Assembly (NCBI GenBank): GCA_963732795.1 | Contig: CAVTAV010000007.1 | Span: 18,321-82,320, forward strand | DNA length: 64,000 nt | DNA from: an uncultured Alphaproteobacteria bacterium | Lineage (GTDB): Bacteria; Pseudomonadota; Alphaproteobacteria; CAVTAV01 | Direction of reading: 5' to 3' | Shown here: piece by piece, positions 1-9,508 of the stretch | Numbering within the stretch: position 1 is the first letter of the stretch | Layout of the letters: the number at the start of each line of letters is the position of its first letter | Notes under the pieces: model-generated | Told to the model about the DNA's origin: nothing | Seen by the model: only the letters and a program-made list of their open reading frames with translations | The model's database searches: none | Made by a program: the position numbers and the translations under genes

Positions 1-839
1 ACAGATTTCGTCGAATCTCGCCTCGCGATGACAATGGCATGTTGGGCCTTCGCCGATGTAATCTCGGCGTCGCTACCAAGCTCCGCAGCCGCTGAATCGA
101 TAATCACGGTGTCATACCGGCCACTCACCTCTCGAATCAGTTTGGCAAACCTCTCGCGCCCCAAGAGCTCCTCGGGATTCGGCGGGATTGGCCCGGCCTT
201 CAAAATTGACAACCGATCGATAAACGGACAGGGTTCGATTGCCTCCGGGCCGGCGCGTCCCGACAAAATGGACGAGAGGCCAGGTCCATCCTTGCAGCAA
301 AAGAGCTCGTGTTGCCGCGGATTTCTCAGATCGGCGTCGATCAGGAGCGTTGCTTCTCCCAATTGTGCGAAGACGACGGCGAGATTGGCGGTCAAAACGC
401 TTCGTCCGTCGAAACGGTTCGGACTTACCAATGTAACAACGTGGCCGGTCCGGGAAGATCGTTCCGGCCATCGCGACGAGATTTGACTGCGCAAGTGGCG
501 AGCCGTCTGCGCGATGGGGTGATGCGGGTCGAAGGCGGCTACCACGAGGTCGTCGATCAGACCCTCATCGTGCTCAACTACGGGAAATGAGAATTGTCGT
601 GAGAGGGCTAACCGCAACTCGGCGTCGTCGATGATCCCAAGGCGAATTGCCGCTTCGCCGAATTTCAACCCGTGTCGTTGTTGATGTTGGCTGACGCGGT
701 CGGTATCTTCCTCCGTCAATTTCCCAAGTCCGACCAGGATGGCGCCGAGCGTTCGATGCTCGTCCCTTGGATTAAGGCTTCGACCTCCTGTCCCATTGAG
801 GGCTCCAGTCCGGCCATTATGCGTAGTTTGGATTCTCAT
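1..839 (-). CDS. Polysaccharide-biosynthesis tyrosine autokinase (BY-kinase, EpsG-like); the 3' end runs off the window start
   Basis: Not in the ORF track because there is no stop in the window. My translation of the minus strand from ATG 839..837 gives MRIQTTHNGRTGALNG...LGKLTEEDTDRVSQHQQRHGLKFGEAAIRLGIIDDAELRLALSRQF (GspE-N-like domain). It continues VTLVSPNRFDGRSVLTANLAVVFAQLGEATLLIDADLRNP (Walker A/A') and RYDTVIIDSAA (Walker B). The ATG overlaps the stop of the upstream gene (ATGA at 836-839). Confidence 0.8.
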   Translation of the reverse strand, partial: MRIQTTHNGRTGALNGTGGRSLNPRDEHRTLGAILVGLGKLTEEDTDRVSQHQQRHGLKFGEAAIRLGIIDDAELRLALSRQFSFPVVEHDEGLIDDLVVAAFDPHHPIAQTARHLRSQISSRWPERSSRTGHVVTLVSPNRFDGRSVLTANLAVVFAQLGEATLLIDADLRNPRQHELFCCKDGPGLSSILSGRAGPEAIEPCPFIDRLSILKAGPIPPNPEELLGRERFAKLIREVSGRYDTVIIDSAAAELGSDAEITSAKAQHAIVIARRDSTKS

Positions 840-2227
840 GTCGCGAACCTTGATCGTTTGAATGCGCCCAGCATCCGTTCCCACACGGATCGCGGCCGGG
901 CGCCTTCAAATGAAGCCAAAACGGCGAGTCCAAAATTCATTGAAAGATCGGTCGTCGAACGAATTGTTCGATCGAATATTTCCATCAAAAGCGCACCACC
1001 GACTCCGACCACGAGCCCGACAAAAGTCGCCAGAATCAAATTCAAAACGATCTTGGGTTTCGAGGGCGTTAGGGGAGCGGAAGCGCGAGACAGAATTGTA
1101 ACATTGGTCTGCTTCAGTTCGCTTTGTAGGTTGGTCTGGCTGAAGCGCTGGGCAACCATGTCATAGGCCTTCTGCGCGCTTTCGACGTCGCGCTGCAAGA
1201 CTTCCAACCGATTGCGTTTTGACGCTAGGTCAAGGACCTTTTGGCGCTGTTCCTCTATGGCTGCCCGAAGTTTTGCGGCACGGTCGGCGCTGGTCTGGCT
1301 GGCGACTTTCATCGACGAACTGACCTGCGCGATTTCCGAAGCGAGTTTCGCCTTGAGTTCTTTCAGGTTGCTTTCCGCCTCCTGATATTCGGGGTGACTT
1401 GGCCCATACCTCTCGCCGAGCATCTTCAGCTTCGCCGATTGCTGGATAATGTCTTCACGCATGGACTGCACAACCGGATTCTGTAGGACATCCGGGGAGA
1501 CATTCGCTGCAGCCGAGGCTCGCGAAGAAACATCCGCCTCGTCCGCCTGAACCAATGAAAGTTGGTTTGAAAGTTCCGAAAGGCGCGCTGCCTCGACATC
1601 GTATCGGTCGTCGCCGGTGATTCCGTGCTCCTTTTGATACGAGGTCAACCGTCTCTGGGCCTTTTCCAGATTGGCGCGCAGATCGTTGCTTTTGTCGCTG
1701 AACCAGGCTGCGTACCGCCGGGCGGGTTCGACTTGCAGCTCCAGATTTGTGTCCAGATAGGCTTGGGCAAACGCATCCGCCATTCGCGCAGAGCCCGATG
1801 GGTCGGAGTCGGTGTAACTCACGTTTATCACAGTGCTTTGCTGCGACGGTGTAACGGCCAACTTGCGGGCAAAGACGCCAGCGGCCCAGACTGCGAAATC
1901 GCCTTTGCCGTTGGTGTCCTTGCGCCACGCCTTCTGCCACCCGGGATCTTGGTCGAGTTTCAAGAGCTGAATAACTCTCCGCGCGACACGATCGCTCTTG
2001 ACCACCTCAACCTGTGTAGCAACGAAGGTTGGTTGCAAATCGACGGGATTTTCCTGGTTGTCGACGGGATCGCTCGCCCGGATGTCGACAAGCAAAGTGG
2101 CCACCGCGGTATATTGCTTAGGCAGCAATAGGCTGACGATAAGTGCGAAACCGACGATCGCCAGAAAAATGGCGACCGAGATTCGCCACCGGGCACGGAC
2201 GATCGAGACGAATTGCTCAAAAGTCAT
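836..2227 (-). CDS. Polysaccharide chain-length determinant (Wzz/GumC/EpsF-like)
   Basis: 463-aa ORF. N-terminal TM segment followed by LLLPKQYTAVATLLVD (Wzz-type motif), a long coiled-coil periplasmic region and a C-terminal TM (LILATFVGLVVGVGGALLMEIF). Coupled to the downstream kinase. Confidence 0.85.
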   Translation of the reverse strand: MTFEQFVSIVRARWRISVAIFLAIVGFALIVSLLLPKQYTAVATLLVDIRASDPVDNQENPVDLQPTFVATQVEVVKSDRVARRVIQLLKLDQDPGWQKAWRKDTNGKGDFAVWAAGVFARKLAVTPSQQSTVINVSYTDSDPSGSARMADAFAQAYLDTNLELQVEPARRYAAWFSDKSNDLRANLEKAQRRLTSYQKEHGITGDDRYDVEAARLSELSNQLSLVQADEADVSSRASAAANVSPDVLQNPVVQSMREDIIQQSAKLKMLGERYGPSHPEYQEAESNLKELKAKLASEIAQVSSSMKVASQTSADRAAKLRAAIEEQRQKVLDLASKRNRLEVLQRDVESAQKAYDMVAQRFSQTNLQSELKQTNVTILSRASAPLTPSKPKIVLNLILATFVGLVVGVGGALLMEIFDRTIRSTTDLSMNFGLAVLASFEGARPRSVWERMLGAFKRSRFAT

Positions 2228-3087
2228 GGCGTTTCCTCAAACGGGGAGGCCACGACCTCCCTTGTGATAACGATGCGGCAAGCAAACGAACGATACGCGT
2301 AACTTATTGATCGGAACCTGGATGCCCTGGATCAGCATGAGAAAGTCATCACAGTGCCGCCCATGCCTCGAGTTCGACGACACCAATTCTCAAGGCCGAC
2401 ATATTCGCTCGCCAAGCCGTCCTATGTGACTTGACCGGTACACCCGACGGTTCTCGCGGGGGACCACTGGGTCCCTGCCGCACCAATTCTTCCGAGTCTC
2501 GTTTCAAGCTCGATCTGGCTACGCGAAGAATTTGTTTCGCGCAAACCGGCCTCGTGCCCTGATCGTCACTGGCCGCACCCTTCGAAAAGGTCCTTGTACG
2601 GCCCGTTGATCTACGCGATCAGCTGTTGTTCGAAGCGTCCTTCGAAACAATCAAAGTGTAGCGCACCGATACCGATAGTTGCAACATAATGGCTGAAATG
2701 TGGATAGTTCGCATAAGCCGATCTACCGCCTCGATTTTCCCCAGTCTTGTGCCTGTGGACTGTTCCTTCGCAACATATAGATGGTGGGCTTTTGCGGCGA
2801 AGCGGAGCGCGAGTCGTCGGATCGCAATGCGCCCACCGCATCAACCGGAACCTAGAAACATCTTCTGCGTGTGCCGAATCTTCGATCCCAAGTTGTCGCG
2901 TCGAATTTGAGTGGATCGACCAAGCGGGTCGGACGAGAACCCACAAGAACGTCAAGCCCCTACACCTGTCAGGCGGTATAGCCTGTGGAAAAGCTGATCT
3001 GCGATATCCGCGCAAGTTGTGCGATACTTGAGTATGAGACTCTGAGCCACGGGCTATGGCGTCAGAACCAGTTGCTTGAGGACGTGA

Positions 3088-4776
3088 ATGATTATCGACG
3101 CGTTGAAGGTCGTGCCCGATCGCACGATACTCACGAGTGACGTATGTATCGTAGGCAGCGGTCCAGCAGGAGTGACTCTGGCCCTGGAGTTGATCTCATC
3201 AGGGCTGCAGGTCGTTCTGTTGGAGGCCGGTGGACGCCGCTTTTCATCGACGAGCCAGGATTTTTATCGTGGGGAAATCGTTGGCAGGAACACCAACGAG
3301 CTTCTCGAACGGTATCGATACCGGCAACTCGGCGGGACGTCCACGGCATGGGGTGGACGCTGTCTTCTTTTCGACGATATTGATTTTGCACATCGTGACT
3401 ACATCGCCGAAAGCGGGTGGCCGTTTGGGCGCGACGAGCTGCTGCATTACTACGATCGGGCGCTCGTATGGTGTGAAGCTGACCCAAGATCGTACAACGC
3501 GCGAGAAGTCTTGCCCGATGAAACGCCGGAAATCATTCCCGGCTTACCCGACGGAGATGTGGTCACGACGTCGCTTGAGCGATGGAGCCCGCCCACCGAC
3601 TTTGGATCGAAATATCGGGCTGAGCTGAAGAGCGCGCCAAACCTTCGTGTACTTCTCAACGCGGCCTGTGTCGCGATCAACCTCGACGAAGATCATAAGT
3701 CAGTAGCGTCGCTTAAGGTCCGGTCGGGCCCGAGCAAGACGTTCGAGGTAAAATCACGGTTCTTCCTGTTGGCCGTCGGCGGACTCGAGGTGCCGAGACT
3801 GCTGCTGAGTTCCAACCATCAGCTGCCTGAGGGAATTGGAAACCGGCACGACTTGGTAGGCCGCTATTACATGACGCATTTATCCGGCGTCTTGAGCACC
3901 GCATACCTGTCCGTCGATCCGTCCCAAGTGGCCAACGGCTACAAGAAGGACCGGAACGGAATTTATGTTCGCCGGCGGATTTCGATTTCGGAGGAAGCGC
4001 AGCGCCGTGAGCACCTACCGAATATCACCATCCAATTCCATTATCCGCCAGTAACCGATCCAAAGCACCGCAACGCGATCCTCTCCACTTTGTTCGTCGC
4101 CAAGCATATTCAGACGATCCGCAGAGGAATCCCTCCTGGGCTCGGCATCACGGAGACGCAGGGCTTTTCCGAAACAGCGGATCTTTGGCTGAAGCATTTG
4201 ACCAATATCGTGATCGATGCCCCCAATCTGATGTCGTTCTTGCCGAAGTTCGTCTTTGAACGTTTTCTCCGCCGCCGGCGAATTCCGTCAGTCGTCCTGC
4301 CGACCAAATTGCCGGTGTTTCCTTTGCATTATCACGCCGAGCAGACCCCCAATCGCGATTCGCGTGTCATTCTGTCGAATGATCGCGACGTCTATGGCAT
4401 CCCGAGGTTGGCGCTCCACTTCCATGTCAACAAATTCGACATCGAGGGCGTGGTCCGAGCGCATGAAGTTCTGGATCGGCATTTCCGCAAAAGCGGGATC
4501 GGCCGGGTGGAGTTCGATCAGCGTGCCATCGACAAGCTGCAAGGTGGGGGCCACGCGACCAACGGACATTTTGTGGGCACGACGAAGATGGCGATGCAGC
4601 CCAAGAACGGGGTGGTCGATCCCAATTGTCGCGTGTTCGGAGTCGAAAATCTTTATTTGGCGAGCAGTTCCGTCTTTCCGACATCGAGCCACGCCAACCC
4701 GACTTTGACGATCGTGGCAATGGCCATTCGTCTCGCCGAACATGTTCGAAAGTCGGCGGAGGCCGGGGTTCAGTAA
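3088..4776 (+). CDS. GMC-family FAD-dependent oxidoreductase
   Basis: 562-aa ORF. N-terminal dinucleotide fold DVCIVGSGPAGVTLALEL..VVLLEAGG. C-terminal GMC signature region GTTKMAMQPKNGVVDPNCRVFGVENLYLASSSVFPTSSHANPTLT. Confidence 0.8.
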   Translation: MIIDALKVVPDRTILTSDVCIVGSGPAGVTLALELISSGLQVVLLEAGGRRFSSTSQDFYRGEIVGRNTNELLERYRYRQLGGTSTAWGGRCLLFDDIDFAHRDYIAESGWPFGRDELLHYYDRALVWCEADPRSYNAREVLPDETPEIIPGLPDGDVVTTSLERWSPPTDFGSKYRAELKSAPNLRVLLNAACVAINLDEDHKSVASLKVRSGPSKTFEVKSRFFLLAVGGLEVPRLLLSSNHQLPEGIGNRHDLVGRYYMTHLSGVLSTAYLSVDPSQVANGYKKDRNGIYVRRRISISEEAQRREHLPNITIQFHYPPVTDPKHRNAILSTLFVAKHIQTIRRGIPPGLGITETQGFSETADLWLKHLTNIVIDAPNLMSFLPKFVFERFLRRRRIPSVVLPTKLPVFPLHYHAEQTPNRDSRVILSNDRDVYGIPRLALHFHVNKFDIEGVVRAHEVLDRHFRKSGIGRVEFDQRAIDKLQGGGHATNGHFVGTTKMAMQPKNGVVDPNCRVFGVENLYLASSSVFPTSSHANPTLTIVAMAIRLAEHVRKSAEAGVQ

Positions 4777-4832
4777 GGACGACTCTGGTGTAGGTCGCCC
4801 GGGAGCGAACACTCTTATCGAGGCGAATCACA

Positions 4833-6311
4833 ATGAGAACAATCGTCTTGCGGCCTGCAGTATCGGGAGCACTTCTTGGTGGCCTGATTTTCGGAAGCGT
4901 GTCGCTCGCTCTCGCAAGTAACGCGACAACCTCCGGTGCCGCCATCACACTTCGGCCCGGCATGGACCTGAACACCGTGGTACGAGACGCGCCGTCGGGC
5001 GCCCGCTTCACTCTTGAGCCGGGGATCTACCGACAACAAAGGATTGAGCCCAAGGACGGTCAGGAGTTCATCGCGCGAGATGGCGTAATTCTGAATGGTG
5101 CGATGATTCTGGACAGATGGACGCGATCTCCCGGTAGAGAGGTCTGGATCGCAGAAGACATTCCGCCAGGCCCCCGTCCCGACGGCAATTGCGAGAAGGC
5201 CCATCCGCTCTGCGGCTATAGGCAAGATTTGTTCGCTAACAGCGTCCCACTGGCCAGGGTCTCGTCGATGTCGGAACTCGACGAGCATTCCTGGTTCTAT
5301 AAGGATGGCGCGGCATACGTATCGTTCGATCCGAACGGCAAGCTAATGGAACTGAGTGTGACACCGGTGGCATTTACGGGACGGGCACGTAACGTCGTGG
5401 TGCAAAATATGGTCGTCGAAAAATATGCATCGCCAGCTCAACACGGGGCGATAGATGCTCGCGACGGCACCGGCTGGACATTGCGAAAGGTCACGGCCAG
5501 ATGGAATCACGGCGTCGGCCTCTATTTAAATCCCGGCATGCGCATCATTGGCGGTGCATCCAACGACAACGGTCAGATGGGGCTCGGCGGAGTGGCGACG
5601 GGCGCGGTGGTCGACGGCATCGAACTCGCCCGAAACAACTATGCCCACTTCAGCCGCGGCTGGGAGGCGGGTGGCGCCAAATTCGTTCTGTCCCGCGACC
5701 TTATCGTTCGGAACACCTGCGTTCACGACAATGGCGGGCCAGGCTTATGGACGGATGGCAACAACACGAACGTGCTCTACGAAGGCAACAAGGTCTTCGA
5801 CAACGACGGCTCCGGAATCAAACATGAAATCTCTTTCGACGCCGTCATCAGGAACAACATCGTCGCGCGAAACGGAAGGCGGTCGGATGAATGGCTTTGG
5901 GGGTCCCAGATACTGATTCAGAACAGTTCAGGCGTGGAGGTTTACGGCAACACGGTGGAGGTCGCGCCTGCCTATGGTAACGCGATCAGCATGATCTTTC
6001 AGGACCGTCGGTCCCCCAAATACGGGACTTGGTACACGAAGGACAATGACGTCCATGACAATACGATCATCTTCCTGGGTGCCAGCCGAATGGGCGGAAT
6101 CGTTGCCGACTTCGACGAAGAAAAATTCTGGAGCCACAACACGAACAAATTCGACTCGAACCTCTATGTCGTTCCGGATCGACGCCAAAAATACTGGTCC
6201 ACCCGACGGGGTCCAACGCGATGGCGTGATCTTCCGTCCGTCGGAATGGAGATGAACGGTAAGGTCATGGTCGAGCAGCGGACACCGATGAAATTGTCGT
6301 GTGACGTCTAA
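4833..6311 (+). CDS. Secreted right-handed parallel beta-helix repeat protein (possible polysaccharide lyase or hydrolase)
   Basis: 492-aa ORF with a signal-peptide-like N-terminus (MRTIVLRPAVSGALLGGLIFGSVSLALASNA). Repeated N/D-G turns typical of the pectate-lyase fold (VHDNGGPGLWTDGNN, NKVFDNDGSGIKHE, RNNIVARNG, VYGNTVEV). Confidence 0.7.
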   Translation: MRTIVLRPAVSGALLGGLIFGSVSLALASNATTSGAAITLRPGMDLNTVVRDAPSGARFTLEPGIYRQQRIEPKDGQEFIARDGVILNGAMILDRWTRSPGREVWIAEDIPPGPRPDGNCEKAHPLCGYRQDLFANSVPLARVSSMSELDEHSWFYKDGAAYVSFDPNGKLMELSVTPVAFTGRARNVVVQNMVVEKYASPAQHGAIDARDGTGWTLRKVTARWNHGVGLYLNPGMRIIGGASNDNGQMGLGGVATGAVVDGIELARNNYAHFSRGWEAGGAKFVLSRDLIVRNTCVHDNGGPGLWTDGNNTNVLYEGNKVFDNDGSGIKHEISFDAVIRNNIVARNGRRSDEWLWGSQILIQNSSGVEVYGNTVEVAPAYGNAISMIFQDRRSPKYGTWYTKDNDVHDNTIIFLGASRMGGIVADFDEEKFWSHNTNKFDSNLYVVPDRRQKYWSTRRGPTRWRDLPSVGMEMNGKVMVEQRTPMKLSCDV

Positions 6312-6363
6312 CGGGCATTCGTCAACTGAAGGAATGAACGCTCGATGCTGAATTGCGAGGACC

Positions 6364-7665
6364 TCAGCGAAGGGTGATTCGCCAAGCGACACTTGCCGCC
6401 AAGACAATCGAGCCAAGCGCCATCGCATCCGTCAGCGGAAAGAGACGACCGTCTTTTCGCGCCACTATGGCGACAGCTCCGTAGTGGAAGAGGCTTCCGG
6501 CGCCCACACCAAACAGCATGCCTTCGACGCCGGCAACATGAAACCCCACGATCAGGCCCGAGATTCGAGCGGTCGTCGATATCACATTAAGGATCAGTGG
6601 GGTTCGAGTGTTTCCGAACGCGATATAGCTGTTGGTATACATCATCGGAAGAACCGAGATTGCGCCGTTGATGGCCATGATTGAGAGATAGGTTCCCGCC
6701 AACGCGTATCGGGTGTCATAAAGAACATGAATCATTTTTGTCGAGACGAATGACAGTAAGATGAAGACGGGCAGCGTTAAGGCCAGGAGGCGATTTCTGA
6801 GCCACCGAAATTCGTCGTTAAACCTTCCGGATTTTTCTCGGATCGTCATGGACATTCTCGGAAATACCACGGTGCCGATAAATCGATTGGTCAGATCCCC
6901 CATCGCCCACGCGAACGTCCCGGCCACGGCGATGTAACCCAGCGTCGCTGGAGATACGAGCCAACCCTGAATTGCTCTAATGCCCTGGCCGCCGACGAAT
7001 GTGACAATCGTCGAAAGCATAATCCATTGTCCGAATCTGCGTTGAGCATGAAATGCCGCAGGCTCGATTTTGAAGGCGTGTCGATGCCTCGGCAGCATGA
7101 CGTGCCCGAGTATCATTACCACGACCGCCTCGAGAACGCGTCCAATCGCCAAAACCCATACGGATTCATAAATCCACGCCAGGCCGATCGTGACCAGCAT
7201 TGCGGTCACCTGACCGATCAAGCCAATAAGGGTGACGCGACCAAGCACAAGCCGGCGTCGTACGGTTGCGTTCGAGATCGATTGAAATCCGGAAATAGCC
7301 GCGGTAGCGCCTACGGTGCAAAGCAATCCGAACAGGATCGGTTGGCCATATATTTGCGAAATCGGCCAGGCCAGGAGCGCCGCCGCCGCCCAGATCAAGA
7401 GACCGCGAATGATCTGAATCGTCCACGCCGTATTCAGAAAGGCAGGATCGTCGCCGCGCTCGCTTTGAATAATCGCGGACTTGGAGCCGATATCGCTAAA
7501 CATACCGAGCCCTTCCACAAACACGTGGACGAGCGCCATGAGTCCGAACGCGTCCGGAAACAAAAGCCTGGTAAGGATGAGATTATTAGCCAGGCGCACG
7601 CCTTGGCTGAGTCCGAACCCACCGAACGACCACAGCGAAGCACGGAAAATTTGACCTTTATTCAT
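6364..7665 (-). CDS. Oligosaccharide flippase (Wzx / MOP superfamily polysaccharide biosynthesis protein)
   Basis: 433-aa polytopic membrane ORF. The N-terminus SLWSFGGFGLSQGVRLANNLILTRLLFPDAFGLMAL is typical of Wzx-type flippases. EPS context. Confidence 0.8.
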   Translation of the reverse strand: MNKGQIFRASLWSFGGFGLSQGVRLANNLILTRLLFPDAFGLMALVHVFVEGLGMFSDIGSKSAIIQSERGDDPAFLNTAWTIQIIRGLLIWAAAALLAWPISQIYGQPILFGLLCTVGATAAISGFQSISNATVRRRLVLGRVTLIGLIGQVTAMLVTIGLAWIYESVWVLAIGRVLEAVVVMILGHVMLPRHRHAFKIEPAAFHAQRRFGQWIMLSTIVTFVGGQGIRAIQGWLVSPATLGYIAVAGTFAWAMGDLTNRFIGTVVFPRMSMTIREKSGRFNDEFRWLRNRLLALTLPVFILLSFVSTKMIHVLYDTRYALAGTYLSIMAINGAISVLPMMYTNSYIAFGNTRTPLILNVISTTARISGLIVGFHVAGVEGMLFGVGAGSLFHYGAVAIVARKDGRLFPLTDAMALGSIVLAASVAWRITLR

Positions 7666-7785
7666 TGCCGACTGAGCCGGTTGACTATTCTGATCGTTAT
7701 GAGCCCCGAAAGGACCGGGCCTTTTGCGTCAACTTTTCGAGTTGCGCCTGCTGTCAGCAATATCAAACGCCGGATGCACAGATTG

Positions 7786-7807
7786 CAAGTGCGTATCAAG
7801 TGCGTAT
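7786..7807. repeat. Perfect tandem direct repeat, 2 x 11 bp (CAAGTGCGTAT)
   Basis: Read directly: caagtgcgtat caagtgcgtat. Lies in the spacer upstream of the flippase start (7665) and downstream of the beta-barrel gene stop (7885). Confidence 0.9.
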
Positions 7808-7884
7808 AGAGCTTTTGCGCCGGTCTGCGGCGTTTCAGTGTCGCCCTTCGCTTTCCAGCGACTGAGGCCGAGTTTCGTGAGGGC

Positions 7885-9181
7885 CTAAATCTGCGCGTGG
7901 ATGGTCATGGTCAGCCGATTTCCCCTGAAATCGTTCGTTGCCGGCACGTTCTTGGCGTTTCGGCTCGAATGGTCAAAGCCGAAGGTCGCGCGGAATTGGC
8001 GATTAATCAGATAGGTTATCTGAGCCTGAGCGCCCCAGTTTTCGTCCGTGCGCAATATGCCGGTGTAGCGGCTTCGCGAATACTGGAAACCGCCATGCAG
8101 GATGAAAGATTGGCTTACCTCCTGGTCGATCGCGATGCCAGCGGACGACACCAATGCAGCCGACGCCAAATACAATGTTGTCTCATCGGCGGTCTTCAGT
8201 CCGGTCAGCTGGATCGATGTTAGCCGGCTCGGTGACCAGAGGATTTGGCCGCCGTAGCCGAACGTGTGCACGTCGGACAGCGACGGATCGGAAAAATACC
8301 GCGCTATGTAACCGCCAAAAACGCGCCCCTGGATCAACGTTGTGACCGGAAACAGTAATCCGCCATTGATTGCGAAGCCCTTCGAATCGCGATTGAGGCC
8401 GAAGTTGTCGACGGGTTCCTTAAAGTCGACTTTCATGCCATTGACCTGGACGAAAGGCCGAACGAGGCCTCCGGTATCGAGGCCCACCTCTAAGAGAAAG
8501 AGTCCCGATCGTTCGGTCGCGATCGTGGTTGTTGATAAGCGCGCCGTTGATCTGCCGAGTGTCGTGAAAGGTGAAATCCGAGATCGACCCGCTGAGCGAC
8601 CCGAAGATCGCCCCGCGTTGATGTTTTAGTTCCAACTCTCCGTTCGCCACGTCGATCATGACAGGCTTGAGGCCTTTCCTGTCGTCGACGCTGCTGCGTG
8701 CTTCTTGGTATCGCTCGAACGACGCGTTCTCGGTGAGGCTGTCCGACCCGCCAATATCCAGTCGGCCATTCTGAGCGGCGGTGAAATTTGAATAATCTTC
8801 TTTTGAGTGGTTTGCGTGAAACCCAAAATCACCGGACAAGGAAAGACCGAAGGCGTGCCAATTCCATTGGCTGTCCAGGGTGAGCTTCGGCCGAAATGCC
8901 GTTATGAAGTCCGAAATCCGATTGGCATTCGTCGCGTAGATGTTGTCATTGTAGATTTCCAGAATGGAAGCACTCGGTTTGAGGAGAAAAGAGCCGGTCC
9001 GAATTCCGAGTGCCTCGTAATCCGGTTGGGCCCGTGCCGTTACGGAATCGGGGGGCGGCGTAATTTGGTTATTGTAATTTTGCGCTTCCGCATGTTGGAC
9101 CGCAACGCCACACGCCAAAAGCGTTCCCAACAAGATCGTGTGGATCGCCTTCAGCCCACACAATTTTTGCGTCCATGTCAT
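7885..9181 (-). pseudogene. Outer-membrane beta-barrel protein (putative EPS-associated porin), frame-disrupted near 8490
   Basis: Two overlapping ORFs in different frames. 8420..9181 has a signal peptide (LLGTLLACGVAVQHAEA) and amphipathic beta strands. 7885..8487 is a beta-barrel C-terminus ending ...RLTMTIHAQI. The N-terminal frame degenerates after ...DRDRTIGTLSL and the second frame picks up at EVGLDTGGLV. This is consistent with one extra base near 8488-8494. Confidence 0.65.
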
Positions 9182-9508
9182 TTGACCTCACATAGTCTTG
9201 GCAGATTCACGCGGACCTTGTGAAATTCTCTCATGCCGCTACCACTCATGCAATTATTCGTAGTATTTGTGGTTAACGGGGATAAGTGCCGGGATATGAA
9301 CCAAGACGCACGCGAAAACGCGTGACCTGCGCCCTCCCGCAACCAATCCGCCTATCAATCCGGTCCAATTGTAGGGGTTCTGTCTATCTGGTCGACCGGA
9401 CTCGAACCGGACATTTCGTGATGCTTTGTCGGGCGGTAGGGAGTTGGTAAGCTGACGGGCCTCCCGGGCGTATATGCGACGGGTGGTCGACACAACGAAG
9501 GGGGGCAC

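Noticed and set aside
9388-9412. A tRNA-like T-arm and 3' acceptor string on the minus strand.
   Set aside because: There is no matching 5' acceptor strand, D-arm, anticodon arm or CCA context. The 49-65 pair is a T-T mismatch. It is not a tRNA gene and is mentioned only as a possible att remnant under the GC-break finding.
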